Below, piece after piece: positions 57,167 to 64,000 of a stretch of 64,000 bases of DNA. The stretch is from Omnitrophica WOR_2 bacterium GWF2_43_52 (GTDB taxonomy: Bacteria; Omnitrophota; Gorgyraeia; Gygaellales; UBA12090). The stretch is taken from the NCBI GenBank assembly GCA_001805445.1, contig MHGF01000022.1:74613-138612 (forward strand), given 5' to 3'. Each line of letters opens with the position of its first letter. The first letter of the stretch is position 1. The notes under the pieces are model-generated. The model saw only the letters and a program-made list of their open reading frames with translations. It had not been told where the DNA came from and ran no database searches. Made by a program: the position numbers and the translations under genes.

Positions 57167-58218
57167 TGCTTGCTGCCCAATGGCCCTGATTGAGATTTCA
57201 ATTCCTGGGCTATCTTCTGAAGCCGCGCCATCCGTTCCGGGCTTGAAGGATGGCTGCTAAAAAAATTGCGTGTCATGCTTTCCGGAATCTCAATGGCAAA
57301 ACGCTCCCATACGCTCACTCCGGCATCACTATCGAATCCTGCCGCAAAGGCATACTTCAAACCGAAATAATCTGCTTCACGTTCAAAATCCTGGGAAAAC
57401 CGGGCATTGAAAGCCGAAGAAACCGCGCGCGTTACCGCATCTGCCGAACCCGGAGAAACCTTATTCGCGCCAATGCCCGCGGCAATACCGGTAATCATTG
57501 AGATTAAACCAATGCCCGATTCTTTCACATGATGGCCCCTGGCAATATGCGCAAGCTCATGGCCTAAGACTACCGCGATTTCATCGTCGTTTTTCGCGAA
57601 GCGCATCAATCCGTACGTAACGACAATAAGGTTAGGGCTTGCTCCGGCATTTACTTCCTGCTCATCAACCATACGAAAGGAAACATCAAGCGGTTTAGCG
57701 CCTAAACGAAATACGCTCTTTTTCTCAGAACCTCCCCCTAGAAGCGAAAGCTCAACCTGTTGATTATCCGCCTTATGATTAAACACATAAGCAACATCCG
57801 GTAATCCATGTATCGGCAGCCCATCTATACTTTTAATCACATCCCCCGCGATAATCCCGCTTTGTTGCGCGGGGCTATGATCCACAACCCCTACAACAAC
57901 GACACCCCTGTCTTCTGTTATCTGGTAGAGCCTTTGTAGATGAGGATCAATTTCTGAAAGGAGTAATCCGGAAAAAACAAAACTGCCTTTTTTATCTTCA
58001 TCCGGCAGTTTCATAAGCAGGCGGTATCCGATATTATTTACTTTGGTCAAAGAGTCAATCTGGTATTTAACCGCCTTGACTTTTAACTCATCGCTGGCTG
58101 CTTGAATTTCTTCTTGAGAAACAGGAGGGCCTACCACCGCGCAGCCGCACAAGGCAATGGACAATAGACACAAAAGACTAAGCAGTGAAAAATATTTATT
58201 TCTTTTGAGAAATAGCAT
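57163..58218 (-). CDS. PDZ-domain-containing M48 family metallopeptidase, probable lipoprotein
   Basis: 351 aa. Lipobox-like LCGCA, PDZ-like GVVDHSPAQQSGIIAGDVIKSIDG, HELAHIARGHH and E.EADYFG. Confidence 0.75.
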   Translation of the reverse strand: MLFLKRNKYFSLLSLLCLLSIALCGCAVVGPPVSQEEIQAASDELKVKAVKYQIDSLTKVNNIGYRLLMKLPDEDKKGSFVFSGLLLSEIDPHLQRLYQITEDRGVVVVGVVDHSPAQQSGIIAGDVIKSIDGLPIHGLPDVAYVFNHKADNQQVELSLLGGGSEKKSVFRLGAKPLDVSFRMVDEQEVNAGASPNLIVVTYGLMRFAKNDDEIAVVLGHELAHIARGHHVKESGIGLISMITGIAAGIGANKVSPGSADAVTRAVSSAFNARFSQDFEREADYFGLKYAFAAGFDSDAGVSVWERFAIEIPESMTRNFFSSHPSSPERMARLQKIAQELKSQSGPLGSKQ

Positions 58219-58840
58219 TAATGCCTAAGCGCTTGAATTCCTGGCTTAGATGAATAGTATCTTTAAACTGGATTGAGCGAATGCCGTAACCGCTGGCTGC
58301 CTCAATTAAATCCTGCCGGTCATCAACATACACAATACTCCCCTTGCCTATTCCTGCCTTTTTGATTGCCAGTTCATAAATTTCCTTTGCGGGTTTAACA
58401 AACCCTGTCATAAACGACGCGATGATATTCTCAATTCCGAATAAATTTATTGCCGAAGGAAACGCGCTTACAATATATTCATAGTGCAGGCGATTGATAT
58501 TTGAAAGCATGATTAAACGGATATGTGACGGCAGCGAAGCTATCAATTCCTCCGTTTCTGGTTTGGCAAAGAATATCTCATTCCAGATGGGCAAAAACTC
58601 CTTATAGCTAAGGCGTAACCCGAGCAGTACTTTTATTTTTTTAAAAAATACCACGGGGCCCATCTTTCCTTCCTCAAAAGACCGGGTAAGCTTAGAGTCA
58701 AAGAATAAATCATAAATCTCCCGCACGGTCATGTCCGTATGCTTAACGATTTTTTTAACGGCGATACGATGGTCAAAGCCGATAAGGACGTTGCCTAAAT
58801 CAAAAATAATTGCTTTTATAGCAGTTTTTTTATTGTTCAC
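58196..58840 (-). CDS. HAD superfamily hydrolase (subfamily IA)
   Basis: 214 aa. Motif I DLGNVLI (IIFDLGNV), motif II S/T and a C-terminal DD motif (VYVDDR). Confidence 0.75.
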   Translation of the reverse strand: MNNKKTAIKAIIFDLGNVLIGFDHRIAVKKIVKHTDMTVREIYDLFFDSKLTRSFEEGKMGPVVFFKKIKVLLGLRLSYKEFLPIWNEIFFAKPETEELIASLPSHIRLIMLSNINRLHYEYIVSAFPSAINLFGIENIIASFMTGFVKPAKEIYELAIKKAGIGKGSIVYVDDRQDLIEAASGYGIRSIQFKDTIHLSQEFKRLGINAISQKK

Positions 58841-59438
58841 GATATTCTTTAATAATAAACCCTGAGGTCGTCACATAAACGCCAAAGGTTTTATTCTCGC
58901 CAAAGGCGTACGCCCCGTTTCCATAGACCGCTTCAACGAAAGGGAAGAATTGCTGATACTTATGTAAAAAAAGCCAGAACCAATCCGTGCCTCCGTTAAC
59001 CGTATACATTGTCTGGCCGGCCTGCACCTGCTGCTGGGCATAAACAGAGCGCCCTGAAACACGAGTAATTTTATACAGTGTCTTAAGCCCCATGACATTC
59101 AGCGCGGGTTTCCATTTCAGGATATCTCCATCAACCATCCATTGATTGCCCTTTAACAAGTACGTTTCCTCGCCCTGGAGGCTGCCCTTTTTTGCTTGTC
59201 GCAGCGTTACTACCATATCGTAGAGCTGCCCATGTTTCTTTTCAACCTTAACCGTCGCAGCCAATTGCTCGCTGGTAAAGGCGGTATAGCTATTGAGGGT
59301 AAGGCAAAAAACAGTACTCCCTGCACTTAACCCAAGGAGTGCCACAGCCAATAGCTTTACCTTGATTTTCCGGGATACAACCAAGAGCGTTATTCCTAAA
59401 ACAAAAAGGAGGATAGCGATAATACTCAACGTAACCAT
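58830..59438 (-). CDS. membrane-anchored hypothetical protein
   Basis: 202 aa. Two N-terminal hydrophobic segments. No recognisable motifs. Confidence 0.45.
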   Translation of the reverse strand: MVTLSIIAILLFVLGITLLVVSRKIKVKLLAVALLGLSAGSTVFCLTLNSYTAFTSEQLAATVKVEKKHGQLYDMVVTLRQAKKGSLQGEETYLLKGNQWMVDGDILKWKPALNVMGLKTLYKITRVSGRSVYAQQQVQAGQTMYTVNGGTDWFWLFLHKYQQFFPFVEAVYGNGAYAFGENKTFGVYVTTSGFIIKEYREQ

Positions 59439-59480
59439 TCTTAAAGATTATCTCCCTGCCGACGCCGAAGAAAACATTCG

Positions 59481-60479
59481 TTAATTATGCGTTCTTTCCT
59501 CTTTGTCTTTTGGTTTCTTAAAGAGGTCTAAAAACATGTCTTCGTATTCCTTATAGACATTCCATTGATCAAGTTCTTTTTTAAGTTCGGAGGCCTTGGC
59601 GATATTTTGTTTTACTTCCTGAAAGAGTTTTTCTATTTTTTCCATCGCGGATTTAGGCAGTTTCGTTTGAAGGCTGAGTGATTTTTTAATCTTCTCAATC
59701 TCTTCCTCTCCTATCGGGCCCGGAGCTCCATGCTGCGTTTCAGGATTTTGAATAAATTCAATCAGCTTTTCTATCTCCTGCTCCACCACCTTTGCTTGCT
59801 CAGCCAAAGCGCTTGTATCAACATTAATTTTCAGTATCTGCGTTAGCTTCGTAAGCAAAGAAAGCGAAGATTTTGGATTTTCTATCTGGATGGTAAAAAG
59901 AGGGATTTCACCTAAGAGGCATATCCCTTCAAATCCCGACTCCTTGGCAATACCCAGCAACAAACCATTAAGGCCGCTGACCTGGCCCGCGGCAAGCAGC
60001 TTAAGGCCAATCTTAAGGGCTTCTAATTCCTCAATTATTTTTTTGTGTGTTACCGAGAACCATACCTCAGGCGTTGTTGCATGATCTATTGCCTGCGGCA
60101 TTGCCGCGAAGGTAAGTATTCTTTTTACCCCCAATTCCTTGCCTAAGGACAAGATTCTCTTGCAATAATCATAGGCATGCTCTAAAAGCGGCTGGGCATC
60201 GCTAATAAAAAGAATGATATCGTTGGCGGCGTTCTTATTCTTATAAAAATAAAATTTTCCCGCCCCTGACTTCGGAAGCTGAATTATAGTATTCTGAATC
60301 CAGATACCGGTAGGGGGAAATAACTCCGGAGCCTCAAGGCTCGCGAATTCCTCCATCTTCAATTTATCCCTTAAGTAAACCCCAAGCTTAAAAGCAACCT
60401 CACCCATCCCGGGCCACACACATATCATAATGGTTTTTTTCAATCGCGGTTTTTTCGTTAGTGAAAGATATATTTTCAT
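59481..60479 (-). CDS. PAC2 (proteasome assembly chaperone-like) family protein
   Basis: 332 aa. The N-terminal WPGMGEVA segment resembles the G.PG.G.VG motif of PAC2/PbaA-like proteins, followed by a C-terminal coiled-coil tail. Tentative. Confidence 0.4.
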   Translation of the reverse strand: MKIYLSLTKKPRLKKTIMICVWPGMGEVAFKLGVYLRDKLKMEEFASLEAPELFPPTGIWIQNTIIQLPKSGAGKFYFYKNKNAANDIILFISDAQPLLEHAYDYCKRILSLGKELGVKRILTFAAMPQAIDHATTPEVWFSVTHKKIIEELEALKIGLKLLAAGQVSGLNGLLLGIAKESGFEGICLLGEIPLFTIQIENPKSSLSLLTKLTQILKINVDTSALAEQAKVVEQEIEKLIEFIQNPETQHGAPGPIGEEEIEKIKKSLSLQTKLPKSAMEKIEKLFQEVKQNIAKASELKKELDQWNVYKEYEDMFLDLFKKPKDKEERTHN

Positions 60480-60510
60480 TGTTCTACAATTCTCCTTTAA
60501 AGTGAAGATT

Positions 60511-60540
60511 CCCCGTGATAAATCACGGGGCTTCTTTTCT
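60511..60540 (+). terminator. GC hairpin ccccgtgataaatcacgggg followed by cttcttttct (intrinsic-terminator-like on the + strand)
   Basis: Read directly. No annotated + strand gene lies upstream, so this is possibly a small RNA end or a regulatory hairpin. Confidence 0.35.
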
Positions 60541-60814
60541 GTATGGTTCCGACGCTCTTCGGAGTAAAAATGTCCGTTAACGTAGATTTATCAGGATTGC
60601 CAGTGGCTCTTTGTCACCAGCGTTTCTTTGAGTATCGTTTCTGCCATGGTTAAACCCGAATCGTGCATTAGAAATGGATGAAGATAGCTAAGATCTTGGA
60701 GATAGAAGAGTTACAAAAATACGAAGCGTATTTAAAAATACGGTGAGTACTTTTGTAACTTCTTATAGCCCAAGAGATTAGCCATATTCGCCATTATCTA
60801 ATGCACAATTTGGG

Positions 60815-61939
60815 TTAAAGCCCCTTTCTTAAAAATTCCTCAAGCGCCTTTGCCCCAAGATAGAGATTATCCACACGCGCGTACTCATCGTTAGCGTGAG
60901 CGCATCCATACGAGCCGAATCCGGTGGCAACCGCGGGAATATTCTTTTCTTTAAAAAAGGTGATGACGGTTGCTCCTTCTGAACCTTTCAGCGCAGCACG
61001 CGGCTTGTAGGTGTGCCATGTTTTTAGCAACGCCTTTACCAAAGGCGACTGGCTATCAATTTCGTAGGGATTCTGTATGCCATCAATCTGCAATTTGAAG
61101 TTTTTTGCTCTTCTGGCTATAAGCTTTTTAAAAACGGCCAAAAGCTTCTGCGCGGACATTCCCGGCAAATACCGCACATCTACTTCAATGTCACACCAGT
61201 CTGCCACCATATTCACCTTATCTCCACCGTGAATAGTGCCTATATTCAGCGTTGGCGGATGTAAAAGAGGATGCCTTGTAAAACGAAAGGTTACCTTTCG
61301 TAAATCCTGAATAATATCATTAGCGATGGTAATCGCGTTGATTCCTCTCCAAGGATACGCGCCGTGGGCTTTTTTTCCAAATACCGAAATCTTGAAATGA
61401 AGCAACCCTTTCTGGACAACCACAATATCAAATTCATCCGCGTCTAAAATAAGCGCGTAATCGGCCCTTATAATATTCTTTTTAAGCAAAGGAATCAGCC
61501 CTAAATTCGAGCCTGCCTCTTCATCCGCGGTTGCCGCAAACAGAATAGTGTTATTGAGTAATGCTTTTTCTTCGCTTAAGCTCTGCAAAACCTCCATTGC
61601 GACGGCGAGATTACACTTACAATCCGTTACGCCCCGGCCGTAGATTTTACCATTTTTAATACGCCCTGCAAAAGGCGGGAATTTCCACCCTAACCCTACG
61701 GGCACAGTATCTAAGTGAGGGCTTATCAGGATTGTCTTGGCGGAAGAAGCGTGGGCTTTTATCAAAGCCACGACATTCGTCCGGTTTTGGGCAAATTCAT
61801 AGAGCTTGCTTGATACCCCAAAGCTCTTCAGATAGCCTCGAACAAATGCCGCAATCTCAGCCTCATTCCCCGGAGGATTTTCCGAATTAATCTGAACAAG
61901 TTTTTGAGTTAAGGCAAGTAATCTTTTTTTATGGATCAT
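60815..61939 (-). CDS. M20 family peptidase (ArgE/DapE-like deacylase)
   Basis: 374 aa. Metal-binding motifs around SPHLDTV and GRG..D.K, plus conserved Glu and His positions of the ArgE/DapE family. Confidence 0.75.
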   Translation of the reverse strand: MIHKKRLLALTQKLVQINSENPPGNEAEIAAFVRGYLKSFGVSSKLYEFAQNRTNVVALIKAHASSAKTILISPHLDTVPVGLGWKFPPFAGRIKNGKIYGRGVTDCKCNLAVAMEVLQSLSEEKALLNNTILFAATADEEAGSNLGLIPLLKKNIIRADYALILDADEFDIVVVQKGLLHFKISVFGKKAHGAYPWRGINAITIANDIIQDLRKVTFRFTRHPLLHPPTLNIGTIHGGDKVNMVADWCDIEVDVRYLPGMSAQKLLAVFKKLIARRAKNFKLQIDGIQNPYEIDSQSPLVKALLKTWHTYKPRAALKGSEGATVITFFKEKNIPAVATGFGSYGCAHANDEYARVDNLYLGAKALEEFLRKGL

Positions 61940-62006
61940 TGTAATGTCCGCGCGTCAAGCAATTGCTGCTGGTACAACCGGCACGGGAAAAACTCGCGGC
62001 ATACCT

Positions 62007-62390
62007 TTACGAAAGCAATTTTTCTCTGACTTCTTGCGGAATTTTTATCGGCTGAATATCTTTACTGACGCAAACTAAAATTGTGCTTGCGGTAGCAATA
62101 GTCTGGGTGGTTTTTTTATTTTTTACTACATAATCAAAAACAAGGCTGGCCGAGGATATTTTTGCAATCCTTGTCTCTATAGTCAGTACATCCGCGTAAA
62201 ACGCGGGAGCTTTGTAGTCAATATCCTGATGCGCTACCACAAAAAAGAAGCCTTTAGAAATACATTCTTTGACATAAATATTCCTTGCCTCTAAGTATTC
62301 AGTGCGCGCGCGCTCGAAATACCGTAAATAATTAGCATAATACACCACTCCGCCGCAATCTGTATCTTCGTAATAAATACGGATATCCAT
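62007..62390 (-). CDS. acyl-CoA thioesterase, YbgC/FadM (4HBT hot-dog) family
   Basis: 127 aa. N-terminal YYEDTD.GGVVYYANYLRYFE.AR.E motif. Confidence 0.8.
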   Translation of the reverse strand: MDIRIYYEDTDCGGVVYYANYLRYFERARTEYLEARNIYVKECISKGFFFVVAHQDIDYKAPAFYADVLTIETRIAKISSASLVFDYVVKNKKTTQTIATASTILVCVSKDIQPIKIPQEVREKLLS

Positions 62391-62473
62391 ATATAAATAG
62401 TGTAATACAATCTACCGATATTGCAAGCAAAAGGGAAAGACAAAAAACGTTTCTTACGTTTCTCTTTTTCTCT

Positions 62474-62887
62474 TCAGGAATGTTCCCGTTCAGGAAAAAG
62501 AATTTTATCAATCGCTGCCAACAATTCTTTTTTATTTACCGGCTTTGCCAATACTCTATGGCTTCCGGCAACGCTGCCAGCTCCCTGTTTCTTCGTTAAC
62601 GCTTCTTCCTGCTTATTAATCATTCCCGTTAAGAAGATAATAGGGATGTGCTTTGTGGACTCGCCTTCCGAAAGGATTGTAGCAACCCCTGTACCGCTGA
62701 TATCCGGGATAAGAATATCAAGGATAATCAGATCAGGGGAAGATTTCCTGGCTGCCTCAATAGCTTCCTGGCCGCTTTCTGCGGTAACGACATCAAAATG
62801 GGCCCGCCGTAAAATATTCCCTAAATACACCAAGACGTCTTTCTCATCATCAACGAGCAATATTTTCTTGGGCTTGTTATTAAGCAT
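62474..62887 (-). CDS. single-domain response regulator (CheY-like receiver)
   Basis: 137 aa. Acidic pocket LLVDDE, phospho-acceptor LIILDILIPD and the conserved T and K (LAKP) positions. Confidence 0.8.
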   Translation of the reverse strand: MLNNKPKKILLVDDEKDVLVYLGNILRRAHFDVVTAESGQEAIEAARKSSPDLIILDILIPDISGTGVATILSEGESTKHIPIIFLTGMINKQEEALTKKQGAGSVAGSHRVLAKPVNKKELLAAIDKILFPEREHS

Positions 62888-62939
62888 GTTTTTCTCCTCC
62901 TAAAACAATCTTTTTCACGCTTAACTATTAACCTCGTCC

Positions 62940-63596
62940 TCAGGCGTCTTTGGGAAACCCTATAGCTGCTATCACGACCTCACCCATATAGCGGCCTGCC
63001 TTTGGATTTTTAAATCCTGCTTTTAGATAGCCGAAGGCTAGCGTTTTTGCTGCCTTTATCGCGGCACCTAAGGGCTCTCCGCTATCCGCATCCAAACCAC
63101 TGGGGATATCTACTGCCAGTATCGGCACATCTTGAGCATTAATCTTCTCAAACAGCCTTAGATAAAAATCTTCCAAAACTCCTTTTATGCCAATGCCAAA
63201 GATAGCGTCAATAATTAAATCGGGTTGAACCAGAGTATCAAAAATTGTTTCTATATCTTCTAAAGTAGTAATAGTTTCTGGCATACGCGCTAACGCTCTA
63301 AGAGCCTGATAATTGGCTTGAGTATGCGCGCTCATCTGTTTAGGCTTTCCCACTAAAAAAACCTTAACCTGATAACCGCTTTTCAAAAGATATCTCGCTG
63401 TCACCAGGCCATCGCCGCCATTATTGCCATAGCCGGCAAAGACGACAATGCTTCCCTTGCCTGCCATAGAGAGTGCTTCTTCAGCAACTGCCTTACCGGC
63501 ATTCTCCATTAACGTAGCCACGGAAATCCCGTTTTTAACCGCGGCCTCTTCCATCTGCCGCATTTGCGCTACAGTAACGCGGGTTAAATCCTTCAT
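62940..63596 (-). CDS. nnrE: NAD(P)H-hydrate epimerase (YjeF N-terminal domain)
   Basis: 218 aa. Motifs GYGNNGGDGLV and DAIFGIG characteristic of YjeF_N. Confidence 0.8.
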   Translation of the reverse strand: MKDLTRVTVAQMRQMEEAAVKNGISVATLMENAGKAVAEEALSMAGKGSIVVFAGYGNNGGDGLVTARYLLKSGYQVKVFLVGKPKQMSAHTQANYQALRALARMPETITTLEDIETIFDTLVQPDLIIDAIFGIGIKGVLEDFYLRLFEKINAQDVPILAVDIPSGLDADSGEPLGAAIKAAKTLAFGYLKAGFKNPKAGRYMGEVVIAAIGFPKDA

Positions 63597-63629
63597 CTTT
63601 AATCTTACACCTTGAGCGGCGTAAATGGC

Positions 63630-64000
63630 TTATTCTATCATCAAACCACTAAGCGGTTTTCGGCAGCCTTCGGCAATATCTTCATCAGAATACCCAAGAG
63701 CTATCACTGCCATAATCTCTAAATCCTCATCAAACTTTAAGTATTTCGCGAGCTTTTCTTTTTGGTTAATAATCTCTCCCATCCAGCAGGTTGCTATCCC
63801 CGTAGTATGGGCAGTAAGCAATATATTTTCAATACAGGCGCCTATTGCCATCAAATCTTTATCACGGTTGTAACTATCTGCGTTATCCATACACACGATT
63901 AAAACGACAGGGGCATTTCTTATAGTATCAGCGTATTCAGGTTTAGTAAATTTACCTAAGCCGTCTTTTTTGCCCTTTTCTTTAATAACGAGAAACCGCC
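63630..64000 (-). CDS. nitroreductase family protein (C-terminal portion; 5' end probably beyond the window)
   Basis: The C-terminal 88 aa (GIATCWMGEI...IALGY) match the nitroreductase fold. The reading frame stays open to the window edge. Confidence 0.55.
   Translation of the reverse strand, partial: RFLVIKEKGKKDGLGKFTKPEYADTIRNAPVVLIVCMDNADSYNRDKDLMAIGACIENILLTAHTTGIATCWMGEIINQKEKLAKYLKFDEDLEIMAVIALGYSDEDIAEGCRKPLSGLMIE

Noticed and set aside
1-64000. tRNA, rRNA or transposase genes
   Set aside because: No T-arm or D-arm hallmarks (GTTCGAATC-like) in the intergenic gaps, no rRNA-like stretches and no DDE or serine-recombinase signatures in any ORF.

Overview
This 64-kb window looks like a bacterial chromosome segment, probably from an uncultivated lineage. 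It is gene-dense, with mostly RBS-led ATG starts and short repeat elements in most intergenic gaps. The contents, in order, are below.

- 1-8.5 kb, minus strand: an unusual lipid or polyketide-like cluster. It holds a B12-binding radical SAM enzyme, a secreted protein, a ketosynthase pair in which one partner lacks the Cys-His-His triad (like a chain-length factor), a tandem 'CPDGG' Cys-rich protein, a ketopantoate-reductase-family oxidoreductase, a small PCP_red-like protein and an acyl-CoA ligase.
- 8.8-9.4 kb: a type II toxin-antitoxin pair.
- 9.4-15.9 kb, minus strand: a 2146-aa giant protein.
- 16.2-26.0 kb, plus strand: an 11-gene nuoABCDHIJKLMN operon, with no nuoEFG in the window.
- 26.1-29.6 kb, minus strand: a 1184-aa paralog of the giant protein. 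The two share about 430 aa at the N-terminus, about 100 aa at the C-terminus and a nearly identical 5' upstream region. Their cores differ: the paralog carries methyltransferase and nucleotidyltransferase motifs, the larger protein an HExxH motif.
- 30.2-64.0 kb, mostly housekeeping: a MarR-TolC-MFP-RND efflux operon, PadR, AccA, an L,D-transpeptidase, ComM/YifB, two YbjQ proteins, an M48 peptidase, an L27-like protein with a non-canonical N-terminus, DgkA, FolE, MnmE, FolC, PurH and a degenerate YchF.
- 50.7-55.5 kb: a KamA-like aminomutase, two Ddl-like ATP-grasp ligases and an MFS transporter.
- 55.8-64.0 kb: Rex, Nth, a PDZ-M48 peptidase, HAD, PAC2-like, an M20 peptidase, a thioesterase, a response regulator, NnrE and a nitroreductase.

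Five dispersed short-repeat families stand out.
- MITE-like 'ACACGAATT' elements in at least eight intergenic sites.
- An 'AATGCCAGGCATA' hairpin at three sites.
- A 'CAACCTACGAGGTTG' hairpin at two sites.
- An 'ATAGTCGATAG' element at three sites, one in frame inside mnmE.
- A 'GACGAAGGACGA' coding microsatellite in folC and giant protein A.

No rRNA, tRNA, CRISPR array or transposase was recognised.
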